In this document: positions 1 through 11,413 of the stretch, one piece after another | How positions within the stretch are numbered: position 1 is the first letter of the stretch | How the letters are laid out: each line of letters starts with the position of its first letter | Source: Klebsormidium nitens | Lineage: Eukaryota > Plantae > Klebsormidiophyceae | Assembly (NCBI GenBank): GCA_000708835.1 | Contig: DF237467.1 | Span: forward strand, 5,770-66,156 | Reading direction: 5' to 3' | Length of the DNA stretch: 60,387 bases | Made by a program: the position numbers and the translations under genes | Notes under the pieces: generated by a model | Databases searched by the model: none | Seen by the model: only the letters and a program-made list of their open reading frames with translations | Told to the model about the DNA's origin: nothing

Positions 1-852
1 CTTGTTGACCCGGGTGTATGTGTGTGGCTCAGTAACTTTGAAGCACTCTCTTGACGCACTGTTGTGGTTCAGCAAACGCAATGCACAGGTGTGAAATATC
101 TCTTTTTGAACAGAGTTTGTGGGTCATATGGTTAAAGAACAGACTTCTTCGAAGAATCCCGTCCTTCTTAGAACATAGCTTTTGAGCCCGTGTCAAATCT
201 GTAACCTTGAAATGTCTGCATGCAAGTTTGTCGTGGAATATTGCTTTCATAGCTGACTTTCTGTAAGATCGTTTCTCAAGAAAACTCGTGACCACATTCT
301 GTAATTTTGCTTCATCTCTTGTAATTCGTATACGTTCTTGTTCTGATCGGAAGCTATGGGGGGTGGGCTGTCTCAAGCCGGAGTATTCTTCCATTTCGAC
401 GAAGCCTCAATATCAGCAGAGAAGCCCGAGTACTTGTTTCTATCTGGGCTGCGGCAGTATGTCTCCATGAAAACTCTGCAAGATGACGTCACTTTAGACA
501 AAAAACTTTGTGTCCCGCTTGTACTCTCGCAGAAAGCGGCCGTTTAATATTTCTTGATAGTGAGTTCCGCTTGTCAAGCTATTGAGCTCAAACGGACAAA
601 CGACGGATAAAGAGAGGGCTTGTGTTTTCCAAAAGCCCTCAATTTGAAACCACGCCAACTGGGCGGGCAGCTATACCCGTTTCCGGACCAACCTCTGTTT
701 CGATACGATTTGTTGGATCAGTCCCATTTCCTTCCTTCAGTCGACCACCCTTAGGAATCTGTGAGGTTAACGAGTGAGTAGATTTCTCATTCAGTGCACT
801 ACAAAGAAACGCATGTAGTTCCTGAACCTCTGGATCCTGTTCATTCCCTCAG

Positions 853-1156
853 GGCCACGCCCACGTCATCACGTGGCTCGTCAACAACGGCGCTGACATC
901 AACGTCATCAAAACGGACGACTGGAACGATTCGTTGCTGCACTATGCCGCCGCAAACGGACACCAAGAGTGCGTCGAAACGCTGCTTTCCGTAGGGGCGG
1001 ATCCGACTGCGACCAATTTCGAGGGGGCGACCCCCGCGGATCTCGCCAGAAAGGGGGGTTACGGTGACCTGGCAAAGATACTGATCGAAGCGGCGTCGGA
1101 CTGGATTCGGCGCGAGTCGTTCCGCATGACCGCACTACAACTGAAGGAGGACGCAG
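853..1156 (+). other. Ankyrin-repeat exon (about 2.5-3 repeats)
   Basis: GHAHVITWLVNNGADINV..DSLLHYAAANGHQECVETLLSVGADPTATNFEGATPADLARKGGYGDLAKIL matches the ankyrin consensus. Acceptor ccctcag ends at 852; donor gtgggt starts at 1157. Confidence 0.92.
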
Positions 1157-4100
1157 GTGGGTGAGCTTTTGGATTCGCCATCGAAGTCGAATCAGATCTT
1201 ATAGCCCAGATGGAGATTTCTGCAGATTGGATACACCTGGAAAAGCACTGGAGTACGTACGTCAGTGAAAAACTACTCATGGGATTGAGGTCCTGCGATC
1301 ATGCCGCCATGATTCTTTACGATCTGGCGCCAGATCGCTAGTGAAGTAGAGCTCTCTTGTCTGCCCTTCACTTGCAAGATAATCGCAAACCACATTGAAG
1401 AGAGGTGCTCAAAAAGTGATCGGCCATCACGCAGCAGTGAGAACTTCTATCTTTCTTTGATGTCACCTTCCGTTGTTTACTTTTGTTTGAGGAGATACCG
1501 AGCCACACGGCTGAGTCGCGCAGAGCACGACAACCACTCAATCCTGGCCCCTGAACCAACCCATCAAGTCACTTCTCTCCGGTCTCTTGACTTATGTAGA
1601 TTTTCTGATGACCCCCCCTCACCTTGCAGAGATGCACAACGACGGTCTGGGCAGCTCCTTCCGGCGCGAGGTGGCGCAGCTCGACCGGATCCTGAACGAG
1701 GCCGCTGGGCCACCCCCAGAAGGCGAAAACAACGACCGCCTGAGCACTATCGACGAGAGCGGCAGCAGTTTTGGCACGGGGCCGCACAGCGAAAACAGCG
1801 GCCCGCACAGCGGCCCGATTAGCGGTTCATCCGTTTCGGGGGGGTCGTCCCCCGACTCGCGGCCGCTCTCGGCGGCGTCCCCCCCGAACGAGCTGGAGAT
1901 GGCGAGCCTGGCGCGGGAGTACAACCTGAAGCCCGCCAGCCAGGTGCAGCTAACCGTCGCGGTTAAAACGCACCCGGAGCCCAAACCCGAGGAGGTTAAG
2001 AAGGCGGACACCCCGAAAGACGTGGACAAGGACGTTCCGGAGGACTCGTGGATCATCGCGAACCGGAAAGAGCCAGAGGGGTGGTCTTCCATGCGGAAGG
2101 AACACACACCGGAAGACGAGAGGACCTTCAAAGAGTATATTAACCGCGGGTGGGAGGGGTTGGGAACTGAGGGAACACAACTGCGCAGCGGTTGGCCGCT
2201 GTTCCGCGCATCGGCGATCGTGTGCCAGTCGCTGGGGGTGATCTACATTGTGTGGCGCGCGATCCGCACGTTCAACATCGAGTCGCTGTGGCTCAGCGTG
2301 CCGTTCTACATGGCCGAGCTGGTGTCGTTTATCCCGTCTTTCATCTTTTGCCTCGAGGTGAGCGGTTTTGTGGGCAGATATTTGTCTCGTCTGAAGTAAC
2401 CAAAGTTTGACTTGGCAACTCTTATCGAGAGGAATGTACTCGAAGCGGTTCGACCTCGCGGCAATTCTTGTAATACAAGACTTTGTGCTTCTTTGATTCT
2501 TCTTCTTTGTGCTTCTTGATTCTTCTGCATCTTAAGAAAGCAGTCAAGAATGAAATGAGGAAATGGGTTTTCGAACCTTGTGAAAACAATACGAGTGTCT
2601 TCTCGTAGACGTTGGGACCCGTTTTTTCGCCGCTTTCGACGGAAGTTCTGCAATTTTGGCTTCGGGGTCTCGCAGCAGAGTTCCAAATCAATTCGCTCGG
2701 GACTTCACTGCCGTCAGCATTCACGCTCGACCCTTGACGCAAGTTCTAGTTTGGAGACCTCTTTCGTTATCAGAGGAGTAAGAGTGACATGTCCCATTCG
2801 CCAAGAACTCGCACGTCTTACGACTCTTTCTAACTCCCCTCCCTCTCTCCCCCAGGTCTGGTGCCCCGCATACCGCCCCCCCCGCAATCTCTCCCAGATG
2901 GACGGACTCACCGAGGCCGACTACCCGTCGGTTGACATCATCATCGTCTGTTACTCGGAGCCCGTAGACATCGTGGAAGCCACCGCTTGCGCTGCGCTCA
3001 ATCTGGACTACCCCGCCGATAAGCTGACGGTGTATATCTGCGACGACGGCAAGAAGGACGAGATGCGCGCCATGGCGCACAGACTGGAGTTCCAGCGCCG
3101 CTACCTCAAGCGCCAGGCGCCGCTGATCTACGTCAGCAGAACCAAGGTGGGTGACGTCAGCGGGGGCGCGTTGGGGTGGTTTCGGTTCGCTCTTCTCGAG
3201 CGTTGCGTCTGTTGGTAAAATGCCATATTTGGTAAAATGTGGTGGTCAAAGGGTCGGGTCGCAAGAAAGATACATTAAGAGTCCGCTTGTCATAACTGTT
3301 GACGCCAGCAGGACTGACGCAGCAGCAACGCAAACTGGTCAGTGGACCTTCTAAGAGACGCTCAAGAGTAGCAAACTTTCAACGTCTCTTTTTTAACCTG
3401 GCCGCAGGTCAAGGGGATCTCCCACCACGCCAAGGCCGGAAACATCAACAACCTGCTCCTCAAGGGGGGAGCACGTGGCGACTTCGTGGTCGTTTTTGAC
3501 TGCGACATGATTCCCAAGCGGGAGTTCCTCCTACGAACAATCCCGCACTTCTTTCGGACTAAGCCTGGCGGGGGCTGGGAGCAGAAGAACCGGGCCGGCT
3601 TCTTGCAGACTCCACAGGCAAGTCATACGCCCGAGAATAGTTGACCCTGACGAGCTGATTGTGCTCTGTGATTTTGGGTCGAGTATACTCGCTGCTGGGC
3701 TCTTGTTTAAAGGATGACCGCATTCTCGGTTTGAATCTTCATAAATTCAGACGGGGCTGCTTCAAGTCTGCCTTAGGAGGCCAAAACAAAGAACAGTGCT
3801 CGACGTCAAAGGTTTTGTGCCTTCGCCCACAGCAGGTGCAATATGCAGAAAAGTTCGTCACTTAAAAAATCGAGTTGCCCAATTGCAGCTGCAGCGAGAT
3901 GCACAACCCGTCTAAAAGAGCGAAGAAACTTACAAACTAGGTTTGAAGCAGACGGCTGACGCAATTTGTTCGACAGGACTTCTACAACTTGGAAGCCAAC
4001 GACCCGTTCGGCAACCGCGCCCGCTTCTTCTACGGCCCCATGATGCAGGGCCGCGACGGCGTGGGCAGCTGCCCCTGCGTCGGCACAGGCGTCATCTTCC

Positions 4101-7100
4101 GGCGCGAGGCGCTCATCTCGATGGGCGGCCAGGTGGGCAGCCTGATGACGTTATCCTGACGCGGACATAGCACGCGTCGTGTGGTTCAACTCTCCAGGCA
4201 GTTCTTCCGCAGAGTTTGCGCTTGGGTTTCCCATCTAGTCAGGCAGTGGGTTATACCTGCTCCGCTGGCAGAGCTTTTGACGGTTGGGAAGAATCTCAGT
4301 ATGCTGGTAGTTGCTGGCTCGTTACGCAGAGGCACAGGTCAGAGTGGGATTCAGCAGCTACATTTGCGGTCACTTTCAGAGCAATCAATCTTGCTTCCAT
4401 CAGTAGCAAGGTTCGAGCACGGATATAACTGCACTCTTAACGCATCTTTCGGAAGGGGCTCCCAAGCTGCTTGCCCAGAGCCTCCTTTGCGTTTTTCACT
4501 CCTTCTAACTCTTTCAACCGGACTTTCAAGCCTCAAGCTCTTGTGAAACGTCTCAATCACCGCGTTCTTTCTCCAGGCGTACGGCAGCATCACGGAGGAC
4601 TACAACTCGGCGATGGGCCTGCTGGGCGGCGGCTTCTCCAGCATGTTCCTCAACGAGCTGCTCATCTTCGGCATCGCGCCCGATGACGTCATGACCGTGC
4701 TCACGCAACGTCAGCGGTGGGCGATGGGCAGCCTGCAGATCCTCTGCCTGGACAACCCGCTGCTCAACGGGGGGCTCACCATACCGCAGAGTCTCCTCTT
4801 CTTCCAGGTAAGGATTCAGAGTCCAAGATCTGAGCGCTGACAACTAAAGAAGTGTGAGGATTTCAGGAACCTTGACCAGCGGTGTCTCGAGGGAGCTTCA
4901 AAGCGTCGCAGTTTCATATCGTTCCCCGCTTTTGGCCTCAAGCATTTTGACAGGCGTTTGGTTGCGAACGGTCACTGTTGATAAGGTATGCTTCGCAAAA
5001 TGTCAATGGAATCGGTACTTTCTGCAAAGCTTTAAAGTCTTTACCTGGAATGCGGCCTGTACTGCCCTATCCGATTCACGATGGGCCTTCACAGGGTTCC
5101 AATGAGGCTCCGGCCACTGCCTCTGCAACTTCTCAGAACCGGTCGTGAAGCTCCTTCACTTTGAGTCCCTTTAACGCCATATTCCGCGACCAATACTAAC
5201 CGAAGCAGCTTAAGCAGCTTCAGACACTGCGGTTTTAGACTAACCATGACCCACTTTTTCTTCTGCAGTCGTGCATACAATACACTCTGGCGCTGCCGAC
5301 TCTGCTGATGGCCCTTGTGCCCATCCTGTTTCTGTTCTCGGGCATCTCGCCAATCCACGCCAAAGTGCACGAGTTCCTCGTCTTCTTCATCGGCTACTAC
5401 CTCGCCAACCGGATCATGCTCTTCCTCGCTCACAGGTAAGCGGGAAACGGCCCTTGTCAAGTCTAAAACTCACAGAGGTTCTTTATGTAACCATGGGCTC
5501 TTTGAACGAAACGGAACAGCGGAACGGCCGCGGGTGGGGATAGGAGGGAGATCGAGATTGCTCCTGCGTTTTTTCAAAGAGGATGCCCAAAGCTTGACAC
5601 ATGCCGCATCTGCAGGCTTATCACCGTTTTGTTCTTTGATAAACGTTCCGAAGTAGCATTGGAAAGCTTTGCATAAGAGGGAACGTTTTCCACCGAATCA
5701 TACTCGCTCGATGGATGACAAAAGTCAAGTCCCTGTTGGCTCGACACCACATTTGGACATGTTCTTTCCATGTGGGTGCCCAACGCTTGTCACAGAGAAC
5801 AAGTGAACGTTTCAATATCGACGCATCTTAGAGGCGACCGAAATTAGGTCCCTGCTTCCAAGGCCTTGACGGTAGATTTGTACCTTTTCGTTCCAAGGGG
5901 TGCTAAAACAAAATGGATAATTGCCATGGCTATACTTTACGTCTGAACGTTTTCGTTCCAGGGGGGTGCCCAACGCGGGCATGGAGATGTGGCGCGGGTC
6001 GCAGCAGTGGGTGTGGCTGGTGCCCAACAACCTGGTGTCCTGCTGGAAGGCGTTCTCCACCGAGCTCGCCATCTTCAAGTTCTTCAAGCTCGGCAAGGTG
6101 AGCGCGTAACGCGTTGCCGTCTGCTTACATGGGCGGCGGATTTTGACGACCATCAGCAAGTGCTCAGTTTCGGCGTCAGAAACTTCCTCTTGTCATACTG
6201 TTGGACGCGCCTGCGGCTCCGGATTTTTTAGAAAGTGCCCGGATTATCCGTGTACACCACCCTTTTGAGAAGACAGTTATGGGTACCTTGCCCTTAATGG
6301 CTACTCTGACACGGGCATCTTTTGTCGTTCAGCTCGGTTTCACCGTGACCAACAAAGACGGTAATGACGACTGGAGGGAGGCCTTGAAAGTGACGTGGCC
6401 CTTTTTCACTTACTACATCGGGATGACGGCAGGGATCATCTATACCATCGTGTTTGTCGGCATCGGGAGCTACGGCATCGAGGTAAGAAGTCTGCCGCCC
6501 CGACTGCGTGTCTCAGGAACTTTGCTGGCCAGTTTCTTCCTAAAGAGCAGGCGTGTCGTTGTTACGTGGAATGTACCTCTTAGGAAAACACCGAGCTACT
6601 TGTCTGATTTAAACTCTTCCTTGTGGTCAGACCGCGCAGCGCTTGAGTCTTGGGAAAGAACTGGCATCGCATGAATCGTCACTGACTGAACGCGATCGCA
6701 CCGAGTTGACGCCTTTTCTTTTCCTCTTGCTTTTCTAGGCTGCAGCTTCCCGAGTTGTGGCTTTCGCCTGGGGGATCCTCGTCTGCATGTACATCTGGCC
6801 GGTAAGAGGCCCCGACCGCTCCGCTCGATCTGAGGTAACATTCAATCGACGGCATCACAGAATGGCGTCTACCAGTCCCGATGCTGACTTTGCCCGTCTG
6901 CTATACGCACAAAATGTAATTTTGGCTTTTTCTTGTTATGAAACGCGACTCAAATACTTCTCGCACGAATCTCGTCACGATGTCCAAAGAGACGTTACCA
7001 GAGGAATCAGAGATTACGGGAGCATGCCCCATATTCTGGCGCCAACGGGCGGCGCTTGCAAGCCGCACTTGTCCTTTTCTTTGGTCTCCCCCTTCGTTTC

Positions 7101-9605
7101 GTGCCTTCGTTCTACTTTCCTTCCATCACGCCTGCAAAATCCTGCTTAGCTTACGACCATCATAAAGGTCTTGCTTCCGCTCGTAGGACACCGTTAGACA
7201 GACGCCGCCTCCACAAACCGCCTTGCATGCGCACGTGCTGTCGTCGATCCCTGCAAGCAATGATATCTCAATATTTTCTGATAATTTCGCAGTCTTCTTG
7301 CTTTCTACAAAAGAGATTCATGAAAAGCAGGCGAGCATCTAAATCTCAGGAGAGAGTTGACCCTATTGACCCAAGAGAGAGAGAAACTCTGTGTGAGCAG
7401 AGGGAGCAAAAAGGAAAACAATGACGAGGCTCCCCCTCTTACTGAAATGCCTTCCGGTTTCTCTTTTCCTGCTTCGCAATCTACGTTGATCAGTCGGTGA
7501 CATCCCCCGGCCTAAATATTTCTGCAGCCCATCGAAGGATCCCCGCCGATCTCCAATATAAGCTGGTTGCATGGGGCCAAGCACACGGGCGGCGCCGTCA
7601 AGTGGGAAAACGACACGTCACTGGCCTCGCCCGGCTCTCACGCCTCTCCTAAAACCCCCGGACCGGCGCGGCGGCTGTCTTTCCAGCGCCTGAAGTCCTT
7701 CGGGCGAATGCCGTCCATCAAGAAGCAAAATGTCGAGGATTTGGAAGGTGAGCTATCACTGGGCGTCGGCGTGTTTCGGACGTCACTTTGCCGACGGCGT
7801 CTACACATTCCGGTCAGCAATTTGACGAAGATATCGTTTACCGTGATGTTTGAAAGAAAAGGTGTCACGCTCACCACAACGAACACCATTCTCACGTTTG
7901 CAAGGTTGAGTGTTCGACGCACTAACTAGTACATTGTTCTGGTCGTAGGGCTCTCACCATTCAGAGCTAGGGACCAGGGTCAAATCATGGGCAGTCTCGT
8001 GCGTTCGGAATGACTTGATCGGGTCTAACTTGGAACAGGGATCAGGCTGGCTCGTGACTCGTAGATCTGAGCCAATGAACGGTGAAACAGCCCTGTCATT
8101 CTAAACCCTGCCAATGCTCTCTTACAGCGCCCCAGATTGCAGAGGCGATCGCGATCGTGCCGTCGACTCCCGGCCGCAACGGCCTCCTGATGACACGTCA
8201 GCAAGTAATCCCGATCGAGGAGCGTGAGCTCAGCCTCCTGTACCAGATGGTCCGCAAAAACGAGACCGGGGGACAACCGGTCGTGTCTCCGGCCTCAAAC
8301 GCCCCCGCAATGTCCCCGGTTGAGCTCCCCCGGTCAGCAATTCCCGAGGAAGAGGAGCTGGAAACGGTAGCGGTAAAGAGCCCGGTTGTTACCCCGCGCG
8401 GGAGCCCCACCGAGAGTGACACGTCATCGGAGCGGTCGAGCAAGATGGAGCAGTTCAAGAAGATGCAGGGCATTAGCCTCATGTCACTGGACGGCGCAGC
8501 AGACGTGGCGGTAAGCGGCCGCGTAATAACGCTTATGGCTCCGCTCTTTCAGCGGGCGCTGGAAGTAATGGAATCGGTTTACAGCCAGAGGTGGGGACCG
8601 TCCGATTGCCTTAGGTCTGTTCTGAAGCCGTTTACGCGCGCTCGGCCGCTATAGCACCGTCAGACTCTGGTCGCCCTGCGGATGAAAAGGGCTGTGGATT
8701 TGGAACTTGGAAAGTCTTCCTGACTTTCTTCCTCGCGCATCCAACTGTTTGTATCGAAGTTTTCCCTTGCGGATAAACGATGCTCCCTTCCAATCCAAGG
8801 CGTCACCTCGAAGCAACACCTCTGCTTGAGCCCGTTCAAACAATATGCACTCATCTCGTCTTTCGTTTCTTGCCAGATCGACATCGCCGACCAAAGCCCT
8901 GAGAACCCCATCGAGGACCCGCGCGCCGCGCACGCGCGCAACCCGCTCGGCGCGCTCCTCACCGGCCGCCGCGTGGGGCCGGCCGCGCTCAACGCCCCGG
9001 CCGCGGCAAAAAAGTCGCCCATCTCTAGGGCACTGGACGCGCTCGCGCTCCCGACCCCACGCGCACCCGGGCCTACTGCGCGCGCGGAGCCCGCGACGCC
9101 CGTCATGCCGTCGCCAAAGGTCGCGACGCCCCCAGTCGCGATCGAAGAGTATTACTCGCTCGTGACGCCGCGGCTCCGCGCGCGCACCTCGCCCCAGCTG
9201 CGCGCGCGCATCTCGCCGCAACTGCGCCCGCGTTCGGGCGCGAGCACGCCGAGGAGCGCGCGCGCGTCGCCGCGCGTGAACAACCTGGAGGAGGTCGTCC
9301 TGGCGTCGCCGCTGCTCCTCGGCGCGGGCCGGAAGGAGAAGGACTGGCCGAGCGACAACGAGAGCGAGGGATTTGAGGAGTTCAAGGAGAAGATGACGAC
9401 CCGGGCAACGTACATCGACCACGCGAGCCTGCACGCGCGCCCGGTGTTTGAGCTCAAGGCCGCGAAAACCGCCGGGGGGGAGGGCATGCGGCCCCACGTG
9501 ACATTCGTCGTGGTGAACACGCTGCTTCTGGCCGGTTTCATTGCTGGGGGGGTGGTTTACGTGTTCAAACTGTCGCTCGACAGCAGCTGGCTGGGCATTC
9601 ATTGA
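853..9605 (+). CDS. Ankyrin-repeat / BcsA-type cellulose-synthase-like GT2 processive glycosyltransferase, 5'-incomplete, at least 1255 aa
   Basis: Exons 853-1156, 1630-2357, 2856-3146, 3408-3617, 3977-4132, 4577-4807, 5269-5435, 5962-6097, 6333-6482, 6739-6801, 7528-7747, 8128-8510, 8877-9605 (3768 nt, all phases compatible, stop TGA 9603-9605). Motifs: YIVWR..AE (N-terminal TMs), PSVDIIIVCYSEP, LDYPADKLTVYICDDG, HAKAGN, FDCD, QTPQ, SITED, QRQRW, FTVTNK, plus several TM segments. The start codon was not located, and an extra small exon in 6802-7527 cannot be excluded. Confidence 0.9.
9165..9236 (+). repeat. Three imperfect 24-nt coding repeats (TPRLRART / SPQLRARI / SPQLRPRS)
   Basis: Read directly in the last exon of the GT2 gene. 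Confidence 0.75.
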
Positions 9606-11413
9606 CGTGTTGTACCGGCTGGATGGTCACGGGTTGCTGCCGTTCGCTAAATAAAAGGCGCCTGATGACGTGATAAAAGGCGGAAGAGATAGACAGGCGT
9701 TGCCACGTAAGGATAAAGAACGGATGAAGCAAAGAAGGTGGTGCTTGGGACTCACTAATAACTTGGTTTCCGTCAGCGAAAGCTGGAAACTTTACCATAA
9801 ACTTCGTTAAGCACTAGCAAATTTATCTGAGTTGAGTCGATCAAGTAAGTGATTCGAGGTGCAGACTGACGTCCCCTTATCACTGCGGGCGTTGCATCCG
9901 CAAAATAAACCCGTCAACTACTAGACATCTGATCATTTGAGGCTATTTAGTTGAACCACGTAGCTTCTGATCAAAGTTGAAACCAAGATTGTGAAGGTGA
10001 ATATATATTCTAGGTCCAGTTTCCATTTCCGTCAACACGGCGTACGTCTCAATCAGAACCAGATTGGTTGAATCGTAAAGAATTGGATAGAATCCAGGAT
10101 CGAGGAGCTGCATGCGTTCAATGTGCAACTTGCGCTCGCGCGCATGTATAGGTCGCTGTATCAACTTGCCGCAGAATCACCGAATGCAGCTCTAATTTTG
10201 GAGTTTGTCTTTCAGTGTACAAGCAGCTGAGCATCTGTCGTACATACAATCTCGTTAAATGAGGTCGAGCTCATGGCCGTCATGTGCGGTAGTTGCCAGT
10301 GCCGGCGCATTAGTACAGCGCCGCTAGCTAGCTAGCTGCACAATGTCTCACTGAGTCAGACTAGCTTCGGTACCGCTGACCGCAATCGTTTAGCTTAATA
10401 CATACATACATCACATTGTAAAGCCCGTTATAAAGCCCCATGCTTCGGATACCGAAGCGCCTGGAGCTTGATTGAGTACATGGGGCCGTTTTTTCCAACA
10501 AGCTAGCTGGTTGACCTGCATGCAAGATCTTATCGAGATTTCGAAACGGAAATGAGCCGCGTCACGAGTACTAAATCGATTGACCTAGCTACACCTCTAA
10601 CCCTTCAATCCAACCAGTTATTGACCTTCAGACTACCTATAGTCGCGTCATTTACTGGCTATTTCCGCTTGAGTCTTTCGTTGACCGTACGTCGCCGTTA
10701 TTAGCAATCACATCATGGCATCCGATCTTGCAGATCGCGATGATGCTCAAATTTGTAGACCGTCTCGACGGTCTTTTGGAGATTCAAAATATGCAAATGA
10801 TTGAATTGCGGCGGCATGGCAGCCATGTATCATTCATGGTATCAAGCACTACTCAGTAGCCCGCCAGACAAAGATGTAAATGCAAATCTTGAAGGGGCCG
10901 CCGCGCGCGACACCGGCGCCCGACGTCGTTCCGCTCAACGCGGTGAACTAAAATCAAGGCGGCCAAAGTGCATGGGTCGGACTTGGCAACGGAGAGGCAA
11001 ATGAAGTTAGAGTCGGGCTTGGCGAGCATGCATAGTTGCTTAACGTACTTGTGATGTTTAATCTCGACGAAGATTTGGAATGCATTCCAGTTCATGGGGG
11101 AACTGCACAGACCTGTGTGCAGTTCTGTCACGTCCGACCTGACGTCAAATGTGCTAAGCTGATCTACCCATGACTCTCAGTCTGCCCTTGCCTATCCTAG
11201 CTCAACCAAGCAATTCGCCGCTGCGAGAACATTCTTTTTGAGAGACAGTCCTACCTTCTGAGGAACGTCTAAGGAACTTGATCTATACAGGACTGCCATG
11301 GACGAGAATGCCTCGACCTCAAATGTGAAATCTATACATGTCAAGGAGGTGTGCTCGTTTGGTTGCCTCAGACTGAGTGTGTCTCATTAGCAACCAGACA
11401 GAAGCTGCACCGT

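Noticed and set aside
1-852. Possible upstream exons or start codon of the ankyrin-GT2 gene (ORFs 288-470, 356-547)
   Set aside because: No ankyrin-like translation or convincing phase-0 exon was found. The 5' end is left unresolved and may lie outside the window.
8649-9602. 317-aa minus-strand ORF, and similar overlapping ORFs at 1619-2131, 9152-9541, 24241-24684 and 58414-59052
   Set aside because: These are antisense or off-frame shadows of GC-rich exons, with no domain motifs or splice logic of their own.
10321-10460. ctagctagctagct microrepeat and hairpin gcttcgg-ata-ccgaagc
   Set aside because: Short, low-complexity features expected by chance in intergenic DNA.
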